Part shown: piece after piece, positions 36,967 through 45,865 of the stretch
How the letters are laid out: every line of letters begins with the position of its first letter
Position numbering within the stretch: position 1 is the stretch's first letter
Assembly: GCA_963834085.1 (NCBI GenBank)
Contig: CAWIAJ010000003.1
Coordinates: 3,834-67,833, forward strand
Source: an uncultured Acidobacteriaceae bacterium
GTDB lineage: Bacteria > Acidobacteriota > Terriglobia > Terriglobales > Acidobacteriaceae
DNA: 64,000 nucleotides
Reading direction: 5' to 3'
Program-made: the position numbers and the translations under genes
Notes under the pieces: generated by a model
The model's database searches: none
Told to the model about the DNA's origin: nothing
Seen by the model: the letters and a program-made list of their open reading frames with translations, nothing else

Positions 36967-37650
36967 ATGAGGCTCTCCAGTCTTGCTTACGCAGCGATCC
37001 TTCTTGTAGCGGCAATCCTGCTTCCAGCGATTCATGCGGCACAGCACTCTTCCGGAGGGGGCGGATCTTCAGGCGGAGCCGGCTCGCACGGTTCTTCGGG
37101 CGCGTTTAGTTCATCATCGGCGAGTTCAGGGAGCAGCCACAGTTCCGGTGGTTCAAGCTTTCATAGCGCAGGTGGCAGCGCGGCTTCGCCGCATACGACT
37201 TCGTCATCCTCGGGTGGCGCGTCGAAGGGTTTATCGACCAAAGCGGGCGTGGGCGGGGACAAGAAAAGTTCTCGTTCGTTCTTTCACCCGTTTCGCAAGA
37301 CGAAGCCGGTTGAGAATGTGGATTTTAGACGTCCGGGACCTTGCAGGAAAGAGCCCGGTGCGGTTTGTCCGCCGGATCGGCGGGGGTATGTCGTGCCGAC
37401 TCGAATTTGTGCGACTGGGCAATCGTGGAATGGCTTGGGGTGCGGATTGCCGGTGCCGTCCCGAGATTGCAGCGATTTGGCGTCAAAGGTCGCGGCTCAG
37501 CGACGACGCATGGAAGGGCAAAATGATCCGTTCCAGAGCCTAGTTTATCGGTCTTTGCGCGATCAATATGAACAGTGTTTGCGGCGTTTCGTGTTCGGAG
37601 ATTTCGGCGTCTATGCGGTTAATGACGGGCTGCTGTTTGCTGCCCCGTAG
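36967..37650 (+). CDS. secreted protein with a Ser/Gly-rich low-complexity region and a Cys-containing C-terminal domain
   Basis: GGAGG lies 6 nt upstream of the ATG. There is a signal peptide, about 80 residues of S/G/H/A repeats, then PGPCRKEPGAVCPPD...CATGQSWNGLGCG...RDCSDL. Confidence 0.5.
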   Translation: MRLSSLAYAAILLVAAILLPAIHAAQHSSGGGGSSGGAGSHGSSGAFSSSSASSGSSHSSGGSSFHSAGGSAASPHTTSSSSGGASKGLSTKAGVGGDKKSSRSFFHPFRKTKPVENVDFRRPGPCRKEPGAVCPPDRRGYVVPTRICATGQSWNGLGCGLPVPSRDCSDLASKVAAQRRRMEGQNDPFQSLVYRSLRDQYEQCLRRFVFGDFGVYAVNDGLLFAAP

Positions 37651-37766
37651 GCGGTCAAGGGGCTTCGCACACCCATGGGTGAAGTGCCGGGTTAGACTGG
37701 GCTTCGTAGAGCACTTTCTTCATGGCTGGTTCGTTCGGCAATCCAAAGGTTTAGGGGTCTAAGAGA

Positions 37767-39567
37767 ATGGCCACGATTACTACGGTTCCCAAGAGCAAGA
37801 TTTTGGGTGGAAGTTTTTTGCTGGAAGAGCGGCAGACGGGGGACGTTTTCACACCCGAGGATTTTTCTGAGCAGCAGCAGATGATTGGGCAGACGACGGA
37901 AGAGTTTGCGGTCAACGAGATTCTGCCGCAGGCGGACAAGATGGAGCAGAAGGATTTCTCCATCTCGCGGGCGCTCTTGAAGAAGGCGGGCGATCTGGGG
38001 CTGGCGGGAGTGGAGATTCCGGAGGCGTACGGCGGGCTGGAGATGGATAAGGTGACCGCCGCGATCATTGCGGATCACATCGCGAAGTATGCCGGATTTG
38101 GAACGACGTGGGGCGCGCATAGCGGGATCGGGCTATTGCCGCTGGTGTATTTCGGGACAGAAGAGCAGAAACAAAAATATCTGCCGCGGTTGGCGTCGGG
38201 AGACACGGTGGGCGCGTATTGCCTGTCAGAGGCGACGTTCTGGGTCGGACGCGTTGAATTGCCGTGCGCGGGCGGTGCTGTCGGAGGATGGCAAGCACTA
38301 CATCTTGAATGGCGAGAAGATGTGGATCACGAATGCCGGCTTCGCCGACCTGTATACGATTTTCGCGAAGATTGATGGAGAGAAGTTTACGGCGTTCCTG
38401 GTGGAGCGAACTTTTCCGGGAATTTCGATTGGCGCGGAAGAGCACAAGATGGGGATCCGCGGATCTTCGACGTGTCCGGTCATTTTGAATGATTGCAAAG
38501 TTCCGGTAGAAAATCTGCTGGGCGAAATTGGCAAAGGGCACATCATCGCTTTCAACATCCTGAATATCGGACGCTTCAAGCTCGGTGCGATGTGCGTGGG
38601 CGGGGCGCGGGTTTCGATTGAGAGCGCGGTGGCTTACGCAAAGCAGCGAAAGGCTTTCAACAAGACGATTGGCGATTTTGGGCTGGTACGGGAAAAGATT
38701 GCCAACATGGCGACGTTGATCTATGTGGGCGAGTCGATTGTCTATCGGACGGTCGGGATGATGGACGTGCTGCTTTCGGAGATCGATGCGGCGAGTCCGG
38801 ACGCGGCGAAAGAGCGACGGAAGGCGATTGAGGAGTATGCGGTGGAGTGCTCGATTCTCAAGGTGTGGGGATCGGAGATGATTGACTACGTTGTGGATGA
38901 GACGATGCAGATTTTTGCCGGGTATGGATTCGTGGAAGAGTATCCGGCCGAACGAGCGTATCGCGATGCGCGGATCAATCGCATTTTTGAAGGGACAAAC
39001 GAAATCAACCGGCTGATTATTACGGGATTCCTGTTGAAGCGGGCGATGAGCGGGCAGTTGCCGCTGATGCCAGCGATCAAGAAGTTAATGGACGAGGTGT
39101 TGAGCGGGCCGTCGGCGGTGGAGGAGATGGAAGGTCCGTTGGCGGAGGAGCGGAAACTGGTCGCGCAGGCGAAGAAGTTGGGGCTGTTTATCGCGGGATC
39201 GGCTACGCAGAAATATATGATGGCGATCCAAGACCAGCAGGAAGTGATGGGCGCGATTGCCGATATGACGATTGAGATTTTCGCCATGGAGTCGGCGGTC
39301 TTGCGCGCCCAGAAGATGGTTGAGCAGAAGGGCGAAGCGGCGGCAGCGCTGCCGATTGCGATGACGCGCGTTTACATGACACAGGCGTTGGAGAAGATCG
39401 AGGCAGCGGCAAAGAAAGTGATTGCCGATGTGGCTGAAGGCGACATGCTGCGAACGCAGTTAGCGATTCTGCGGAGGCTATCGAAGCATGAGCCGTTCAA
39501 CACGATTGCGCTGCGCCAACAGATTGCGCAGAAGACGATCGATGCGGGGAAGTACTCGCTGGTGTAG
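37767..39567 (+). pseudogene. large acyl-CoA dehydrogenase family protein; the frame is broken by a 1-nt indel as sequenced
   Basis: ORF 37767..38375 is convincing up to ...GDTVGAYCLSEA. The expected continuation SGSDALNCRARAVLSEDGKHYILNGEKMWITNAGFADLYTIFAK... is in the +1 frame (ORF 38068..39567). The junction is at ACGTTCTGGG, about 38235..38244. Confidence 0.85.
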
Positions 39568-39667
39568 TGGCAGTTTTCATGGCGAGCGGGAAGCGTGGCG
39601 ATCAGAGAGTAAATGTTAGCCAGTAGGGGTCCCTTCGGCTTTGCTCAGGGCAGGCTCTTCGACTGCG

Positions 39668-39694
39668 TGGCTGTTTCGCTTCGCGAAACAGCCA
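39668..39694. repeat. 12-bp perfect hairpin TGGCTGTTTCGC ttc GCGAAACAGCCA inside a repeat-like spacer at a convergent junction
   Basis: Read directly. It is flanked by GCTCAGG motifs (...ggctttGCTCAGGgcagg... and ...cttcGCTCAGGatgaca...). Confidence 0.45.
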
Positions 39695-39755
39695 CTTCGC
39701 TCAGGATGACAGAGTTAGGAAAGATGACAGAGTTTGAAAACTGCTGTCGTCAAAA

Positions 39756-40400
39756 TCAATCCTTCGGGAAGTTCGGGTCCGCTTTTACTTCTTCAATTTG
39801 CTTTGTGTGCCGCGCGGAGTGCGCGGAGATCAGCAAAATCCATTGATAGGCATCTAGCGTTCCAAGGGCGGGGTGCGGGCCGAAGTGGTCGCGCAGATCG
39901 TCATTGGTGGTGCGGACGTAGTTCATCGTCGCGGCGCGAGCATCCTCGAAGGCTTTGATGTTTTCCTCGCGCGTTGCAAAGCGATTGGTGGGCTTGAGAA
40001 ATTCGGGGGCCTGCACCTTGTGAGTGCGGTCGGGAACCTGTTGGAGAACCTTTTCGTCTTTGCCGGCGACCTCGGCGCGCTTGGAGGGGTCGGCGGGCGA
40101 CGACATGATCTTCTTCTGGACGAGCGTCAAGATGGAGGATTCCGCGACGGCGATGTGCTCGGAGACTTCGGCGACGGACCAGCGGTCGGGGGCCGGTTTG
40201 AAGCGCCATTGTTTTTCAGAGAGGCCGGCGATCGATTTCAGAAAGGCGTCGTGGGTCGCTTGCAGATTCTTGAGGGCAACTTCACGCTCTTCGGGCGTCA
40301 GGGACGTGGATGCTGAGGGCGCGGAAGTTTGCGCGATGGCGGCTGCGCCTAAGGCAAGAATCAGGCACAGGAGGGAGCAGAGTTTCCACTGGATTTTCAT
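39756..40400 (-). CDS. DinB family protein (secreted)
   Basis: It has a signal peptide and DinB-type helical-bundle His positions (WSVAEVSEHIAVAE ... ISAHSARHTKQIEEV). 214 aa. Confidence 0.8.
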   Translation of the reverse strand: MKIQWKLCSLLCLILALGAAAIAQTSAPSASTSLTPEEREVALKNLQATHDAFLKSIAGLSEKQWRFKPAPDRWSVAEVSEHIAVAESSILTLVQKKIMSSPADPSKRAEVAGKDEKVLQQVPDRTHKVQAPEFLKPTNRFATREENIKAFEDARAATMNYVRTTNDDLRDHFGPHPALGTLDAYQWILLISAHSARHTKQIEEVKADPNFPKD

Positions 40401-40524
40401 GATTACCTTGTGAAGTTGGAAGTGAAGGCTGGGTAATTATAGTGCGGTGGGGCGAAGTTGCAAATGAAGTCTTTCGGTTGAAACAAGCGTTCGCTATTTA
40501 AGTTTGATTCTATTTGAACCAGTT

Positions 40525-40671
40525 TTATTCAAACCAGCCGCTGCGGTAGGCCATCCACCAGGAGGCGTAGCCGATGGGAAGGGTGGCAGCCAGAGCCCAC
40601 CAGATCGGCAGAACGACGTCGGCGATGATTCCGAGGATGGTGAAGGCGATCCAGAAAATCTTCCGCTCCAT
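40525..40671 (-). CDS. small membrane protein (48 aa)
   Basis: From the internal ATG at 40671 it reads MERKIFWIAFTILGIIADVVLPIWWALAATLPIGYASWWMAYRSGWFE, which is two hydrophobic helices. Weak support. Confidence 0.35.
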   Translation of the reverse strand: MERKIFWIAFTILGIIADVVLPIWWALAATLPIGYASWWMAYRSGWFE

Positions 40672-40798
40672 ATCAATATGATTGTATGACTTTTGGGGAA
40701 GCGCGTGACTCGAGTTTGGCGGCGAGTGGAGAAACTTTGGTCGCATATCGAAAGTTTCTATGGGAAGTCTTGGGACTGGGCGTGTCGCAGCGTGAGGA

Positions 40799-41053
40799 TC
40801 AGGGTTTGGGCTTGAGTTCTTCCATGACGTTCTGGATCAATTCTTTGGCGTCGGTGAGGCTTTTCATGATGAGTTGAATGTCCATGACGGGCTTGCCGGG
40901 CCAGCGCTGGCTCTGGCAATAGACACCGTGCTGGCCGACCAGGGACATGGCGTCGGTGACGAGGTCGAGGGTGACGGCAAGGCGTCCGCGAGGAACGCCC
41001 ATGCGGGTTTCGAAATGTTCGAGTTCTTCCTTCTTGTCGTTGAATACAGCCAT
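40799..41053 (-). CDS. hypothetical protein (84 aa)
   Basis: From the internal ATG at 41053 it reads MAVFNDKKEELEHFETRMGVPRGRLAVTLDL... No family recognised. Confidence 0.4.
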   Translation of the reverse strand: MAVFNDKKEELEHFETRMGVPRGRLAVTLDLVTDAMSLVGQHGVYCQSQRWPGKPVMDIQLIMKSLTDAKELIQNVMEELKPKP

Positions 41054-41236
41054 AAAGCGATTGTAACGAGGATGTGGGTATAATTCAGCAGTCGAGCGCT
41101 GGCACATAGAGTGAGCGCACAGAATCAAGTCTCAGGCGAATGCGACTTGGTTGGATGTAGCACGCTTGCGTTACTTTGCGTGGCGGAAAATCTGCTGGAT
41201 GTCCAGTGCATTTCTAATCCCAGGAGGGAAAAAATC

Positions 41237-41803
41237 ATGAAGAAATTTGCTTCCACGTTTGTTTGGACGACGGCATTTCTGTTCGCAATGGCGACGTTGG
41301 CTGCGGCGCAGATGAGCATGGCGCAAGATAAATCGAAGCGGCCGAGTCCGCCGGCGAGCGCGGAGTGTAAGTTTTCGGATGGAAAGAGCGTCAAGATTGA
41401 CTATTCGAGTCCGCGAGCGAAGGGGAGAAAGATATTCGGAACGGCGAGCGAAAAAGCGTTGGTGCCGTATGGAGAGATCTGGCGGACGGGCGCGAATGAA
41501 TCCACGACGTTTGTGGCCGATGGAAATGTGATGGTCGGCGGGAAAGCGGTGCCGGCGGGCAGCTACACGATTTTTACGGTGCCGAAGGCGGACGGGTGGA
41601 CGCTGGTGATCAGCAAGAAGACGGGAGAGTGGGGGACGGATTATCCCGGCGAGAAGGAAGATCTGGTGCGCGTGCCGATGAGCGCCTCGAAGAATGGGCC
41701 GCCGATGGAGAATTTTATGATTGCGTTTGACCACGCAGGGAACAAGTGCACGCTGCGGATGTCGTGGGAAACGACAATCGCCAGTGTTGAGATCACGAAA
41801 TAA
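41237..41803 (+). CDS. DUF2911 domain-containing secreted protein
   Basis: AGGAGGG lies 8 nt upstream of ATG 41237. A signal peptide is present. IWRTGANESTTF, VPAGSYTIFTVP, WTLVISKKTGEWGTDYPG and MIAFD match the DUF2911 pattern. Confidence 0.75.
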   Translation: MKKFASTFVWTTAFLFAMATLAAAQMSMAQDKSKRPSPPASAECKFSDGKSVKIDYSSPRAKGRKIFGTASEKALVPYGEIWRTGANESTTFVADGNVMVGGKAVPAGSYTIFTVPKADGWTLVISKKTGEWGTDYPGEKEDLVRVPMSASKNGPPMENFMIAFDHAGNKCTLRMSWETTIASVEITK

Positions 41804-41818
41804 AAAAAGATGAGTTCG

Positions 41819-41843
41819 AGATGGGGTTCGCCCTATCTTTTTT
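41819..41843 (+). terminator. intrinsic terminator after the DUF2911 gene
   Basis: An 8-bp stem AGATGGGG / CCCTATCT (one G-U pair) has a TTCG loop and is followed by a T6 run. Confidence 0.7.
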
Positions 41844-41851
41844 GCGCTGCG

Positions 41852-41873
41852 GAGACGAGGCAAGCCTCGTCTC
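41852..41873. repeat. 9-bp perfect hairpin GAGACGAGG caag CCTCGTCTC
   Basis: Read directly. It belongs to the same arm family as 60921..60948 (GAGGCGAGG ttca CCTCGCCTC). Confidence 0.45.
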
Positions 41874-41908
41874 TACAGCGTTGAAGGGTGGAGTTGTACG
41901 GGAGTACG

Positions 41909-42139
41909 ATGCGGCCGATGCTGCGGTTTCTTTGGAATTCGACCCGTGGGCACCGGATTGCTCCGTGGCGCAGCCCTTATCTGCTGTGGCGGATCGAAAC
42001 CTATACGGGCGTGAAGATGACGCAGATTGGATTTCTGGAATTTTGGGGATTTCTATGGACGGAGCGCGCCAGCCTGTGGCGCTTTCTAAAGTGGACGGCG
42101 GAGATGGATCGGTATGTGCATCCGGGGGCGAAGACTTAG
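41909..42139 (+). CDS. Trp-rich hypothetical protein (76 aa)
   Basis: MRPMLRFLWNSTRGHRIAPWRSPYLLWRIETYTG... has G/C-biased third codon positions, but a competing ORF exists in another frame. Confidence 0.35.
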   Translation: MRPMLRFLWNSTRGHRIAPWRSPYLLWRIETYTGVKMTQIGFLEFWGFLWTERASLWRFLKWTAEMDRYVHPGAKT

Positions 42140-42233
42140 CCGTCAGTCGTCAGCCATCAGGAAGGGCGCTCGTTCGCGGACTTTGCGGTCGACACAATCG
42201 AACGTGAAGGAGACTTCGCTGGGTTCCGGCTTA

Positions 42234-43043
42234 CTACGGTTGCATTACTACATTCACTTCGCTGCCTTTGCCGGCGTTTAAGAGTTGGAACGCTGAACCT
42301 CGATTGGCGGAAATTTCCAGAAAACCCATGCTGCCGAGGATCCCGAAGATTTCGCCGGGAGCTCCTTCGGCGTAATTCGTACACATGCGGGTGGCCTGGC
42401 CTTTGGCGCCGATACCGATGCGAAAGGCGGGAGGCTGGGGCAGGAAGAGCTTGGGCGCGTCTTGCGGAGTGATGTTGGTGATGAGGTTGCCGAAACGATC
42501 GACCTTGAGAACGACTCCGCGCAGGGTGCGTTCGTCAATGGGCTTGGGCCGGGGCGCCCCGAAGCGGATGTAGTCGGTAATCTCGTCGCCGAAACGATCG
42601 GCGGTGACACCCTTGGCGAGGTTCGCGGCCACAGGCGCGAAGATATCGCGGGCATGAAAGGTGCCGCTGCGTTCTTTCAAGAAGTAATGTTCGGCGGTGA
42701 TGTGGCGAACGGAAAGGCGCTCTTCGCGGGCGTAAATGAGGGAGAGGACTCCGTTGTCCGGGGCGACGAAGAGATGGCGTTCTCCGGTGAGGAGGATCGG
42801 ACGACGAGTGGTGCCGACGCCGGGGTCGACGATGACCATGTGGATGGTGCCGGAGGGATAGTAGGAGTAGGCCTGCGAAACGGTGAGGGCGCCGTCGAGG
42901 ATGTCGAAGGGCTGAACGGCGTGGCTGATGTCGATGATTTGGGCCTCGGGGGCGATCTCGAGGATGACACCCTTCATGGCGCCGACGAAATGATCGTTCA
43001 GTCCGAAATCGGTGGTGAGAGTGATGATCGCGGTGCGCGCCAA
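42234..43043 (-). CDS. SAM hydrolase / SAM-dependent halogenase family protein (DUF62)
   Basis: The N-terminus IITLTTDFGLNDHFVGAMKGVI, then VIVDPGVGT and VAPDNGVL, fit this family. TTG start at 43043. Confidence 0.85.
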   Translation of the reverse strand: MARTAIITLTTDFGLNDHFVGAMKGVILEIAPEAQIIDISHAVQPFDILDGALTVSQAYSYYPSGTIHMVIVDPGVGTTRRPILLTGERHLFVAPDNGVLSLIYAREERLSVRHITAEHYFLKERSGTFHARDIFAPVAANLAKGVTADRFGDEITDYIRFGAPRPKPIDERTLRGVVLKVDRFGNLITNITPQDAPKLFLPQPPAFRIGIGAKGQATRMCTNYAEGAPGEIFGILGSMGFLEISANRGSAFQLLNAGKGSEVNVVMQP

Positions 43044-43259
43044 TCCTTTACCTCGTTAAGGCAGAAAATTTACGAACCCTGATGAAGTATCGGGTGTGGC
43101 GGGAGGGTGCGTCAAGGCGGCGTAGGAATTTGGAACGACGTTACTTTGAGAAGGCAGTCCCTCAGCGGCTGAAGCCACAACGAATAATATTGGGACTTAC
43201 GGCGCGGCTCGAAGCCGCGCCCTTTCAAATCAAGTTCACAGCGCCCTGTGCTCCAATTG

Positions 43260-44183
43260 CTAGTCGACGGCTACGTCGCCGGAGCCGGTGTGGACGGAGA
43301 TGGTCGGACCGCCTCCGCGTACTTTGCCTACAACACTCTTTCTCGTTTCTTCAATGCGGCCTTGGACGGTGGTGCTTACGGGATGGCCCATGGTGACGCT
43401 GCCGGAACTTGAGGAAATGTCAACATCGAAAGCGGCATCGCCTGGGACGTTCAGAGTGACGTTGCCGGAGCCGGTGCGAACGTTCCACATGCTCTTGGGC
43501 AAGCCTTTGCCGTGAATGTCGCCGCTACCGGCCTCGGCGTGAAATCCGCCATTGATGCCGTTGACGGTGATGTTGCCGGAACCGGTGCGGATGTCGACGT
43601 CGCCTGCGGCGGTCTCATCGATGTCGATGTCGCCGCTGCCGGCTTTAATTCTGGCGGGACCGGCGAGATCGTGTCCCTTGACGTTGCCGGAGCCGGTCTG
43701 GAAATGCATTTCTCCCGACAGGCGCGCCAACTGGAGGTCGCCCGAGCCGCTTTCGAGGTCGATGTTGCCTTGCAATCCTTCGATCTTCTGATCGCCGCTG
43801 CCGGTGTGGGCGCGCAAGGTGGTGTTCTGTGGCACAACGATGTCGTAGTCGATGGAGATATTGTTGATGTTTACGTAATCGACGCGGATGCTGTTGCCGT
43901 TCTGACGAATGGGCGGATTGCTCTGCAGCGACCGTACGTCTTCTTTGTGATCGCTTCCGAACCAGGAATTGCCGGAGTTGATTTTGGCGTGAATCGATAC
44001 AGTGCCAGCCGCGCCGTTGTGAATCGTGATGTCACCGGAGCGGGTTAGCACTTCGAGGTCGACCGCGCCGCTGACCTGAAAGGAACGGTCAAAGGTTCCG
44101 ATGACGGAAGCGAAGCTAGCCAGCGAGGTCGCTAAAACGAAAACCAGGCTGCGGGTAGCGCGAAGAGAAAGAATTTTTGTCAT
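43260..44183 (-). CDS. DUF4097 family beta-strand repeat protein (putative adhesin-like)
   Basis: It has a signal peptide and at least 9 periodic GSG(D/N) turns (TGSGDQKIEG, SGSGDLQLAR, TGSGNVKGHD, AGSGDIDIDE, TGSGNITVNG, AGSGDIHGKG, TGSGNVTLNV, SSSGSVTMG, TGSGDVAVD). Confidence 0.75.
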   Translation of the reverse strand: MTKILSLRATRSLVFVLATSLASFASVIGTFDRSFQVSGAVDLEVLTRSGDITIHNGAAGTVSIHAKINSGNSWFGSDHKEDVRSLQSNPPIRQNGNSIRVDYVNINNISIDYDIVVPQNTTLRAHTGSGDQKIEGLQGNIDLESGSGDLQLARLSGEMHFQTGSGNVKGHDLAGPARIKAGSGDIDIDETAAGDVDIRTGSGNITVNGINGGFHAEAGSGDIHGKGLPKSMWNVRTGSGNVTLNVPGDAAFDVDISSSSGSVTMGHPVSTTVQGRIEETRKSVVGKVRGGGPTISVHTGSGDVAVD

Positions 44184-44269
44184 AGCGATTCGTCTCCGAG
44201 TGAATTGAGGTCTCAGGTCTCAGGGACTGCGATCGTTATTCGATTTCCTGAGACCTGCGACCTGCTTTC

Positions 44270-45529
44270 TTACTGCAGCACTACTTGATCGCCTTCCTTT
44301 AGACCGGACAACAGTTCGGTCTTGGCGCCGTTGGAGATGCCGATATTGACAGCGAGCTTCTTTTTGCCTTCCTTCGCTTTCGGATCGGGCACTTCAACGG
44401 ATGCTTTCTTGTCTTTGTCGTAGATGATGGAGCCTTCGGGGATCTGAAGAACTCCCTTGTGCTCTTCGAGGATGATTTCGGCGTTCGCGGTCATCATGGC
44501 TTTCAGGACGCCTTCGGGATTGTTGATGGAGACACGCACTTCGAAGGTGGTGACGTTATCTTTCTCGACTCCCATGGGAGAAATCTTGGTGACCTTGCCG
44601 GTGAAGGTTTTGTCTTTGAACGACTCGACTTTGATGCGCGCGGGTTGGCCTAAATAGACCTTGCCGATGTCGCTCTCGTCGACTTTGCCTTTGACGTAGA
44701 CCTCGCTTGTGTCGCCGAGGGTCATGACCAGAGTCGCGGTGGAACCGAGGACGAGAATCGAGCTGACGGCGTCGCCAATTTCGACGTCGCGCGAGAGGAC
44801 GATGCCATCCAGTGGCGATTCAATGGTGGTGTAGGCGAGTTGCTCTTCGAGTTGTTTGAGGTTGGCGCGATCCTGAGCCATTTGTCCCTGGGCCTGGCCG
44901 ATCTTAGCTTGCAAGACCTGGAGCTGCGCCTTGGAGACATTTTGCTTATTCAGCGACATCTCGTAATTCTTCTCGGCGTCGTCGAGCGCGGCGGCGGAGA
45001 CAACGCCTTCTTTCGCCATGCCCTCGGCACGCTCGTAGGCGCGCTTCAGGAGCGGGACATCGGGGCCTTCGGCATCGACTTTCGCACGTTCGAGATCGGC
45101 GCGGGTGCCGTTCAAGCTGGCTGTGGAAGCTTCGAGCTGAGCGCGAGCCTGATCAACGCGGGCTTGAATCTCGTCACGATCGAGTTCGGCGAGAACCTGG
45201 CCCTTCGTTACGCGGTCGCCGTAATCCACATAGAGTTTCTTGACGATTCCGCTGGCCTTGGATTTGACCTCGACTTTGGTGATGGGCTCAATTTTGCCTG
45301 TGGCAACCACGCTTTTGGCGAGGTCTCCTTTCTCGACTTTGGCGAGCTTGGAGGGATCAATTTTGGTACCACCGCTGGAGGCGATCAAGACGCCGGTAAC
45401 GACCAGGATCAGGACCACCGCTGCGATTGATCCCCAGATGATTCGTCTGCGGCGCTTCTTCTTCGCGTTGCTGTTGCCGTTACCTTCCACGACTGCCTCC
45501 TGCTTGAAATTAAATTGTAGAACTGCCAT
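44270..45529 (-). CDS. efflux transporter periplasmic adaptor subunit (HlyD/MacA family), second copy
   Basis: It has a TM anchor, the lipoyl motif GIVKKLYVDYGDRVTKGQVLAELD, a coiled-coil hairpin and a barrel domain. 419 aa. Confidence 0.85.
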   Translation of the reverse strand: MAVLQFNFKQEAVVEGNGNSNAKKKRRRRIIWGSIAAVVLILVVTGVLIASSGGTKIDPSKLAKVEKGDLAKSVVATGKIEPITKVEVKSKASGIVKKLYVDYGDRVTKGQVLAELDRDEIQARVDQARAQLEASTASLNGTRADLERAKVDAEGPDVPLLKRAYERAEGMAKEGVVSAAALDDAEKNYEMSLNKQNVSKAQLQVLQAKIGQAQGQMAQDRANLKQLEEQLAYTTIESPLDGIVLSRDVEIGDAVSSILVLGSTATLVMTLGDTSEVYVKGKVDESDIGKVYLGQPARIKVESFKDKTFTGKVTKISPMGVEKDNVTTFEVRVSINNPEGVLKAMMTANAEIILEEHKGVLQIPEGSIIYDKDKKASVEVPDPKAKEGKKKLAVNIGISNGAKTELLSGLKEGDQVVLQ

Positions 45530-45865
45530 GCACTGGTTGTTACGGGAGAAACAGTGGAATAGTTCCTCGAAAGTTCTTATTCGCCGATGCCCGGAACAAG
45601 CTCGCGAAACGAAACCGTCCGGCCTGCGATGGGTGCATGCAGAGTTAGACCGACGGGCGGCAAAAAAGAAAGCGAATAGTTACAGCTAGTGATTTGGGTT
45701 CAGCCTTAATTGTACAACTCTGCCAAGGCGCGAACCACGAAGGTCCGCGAAGTGGAACCCACGGCGGCGAGGACGCGGTGTCCCCGAGGTTATTTCTCTT
45801 ATTTCAGGACCGGGAAGCTTGTTACTTAACGGATTATCCCTTTGGAATGTTAGAATTAGAGTTCC

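Noticed and set aside
41821-42207. 128-aa plus-strand ORF competing with the Trp-rich ORF
   Set aside because: It begins inside the terminator and hairpin region after the DUF2911 gene, and its third codon positions look less G/C-biased than the 41909..42139 frame. Neither ORF is strongly supported.
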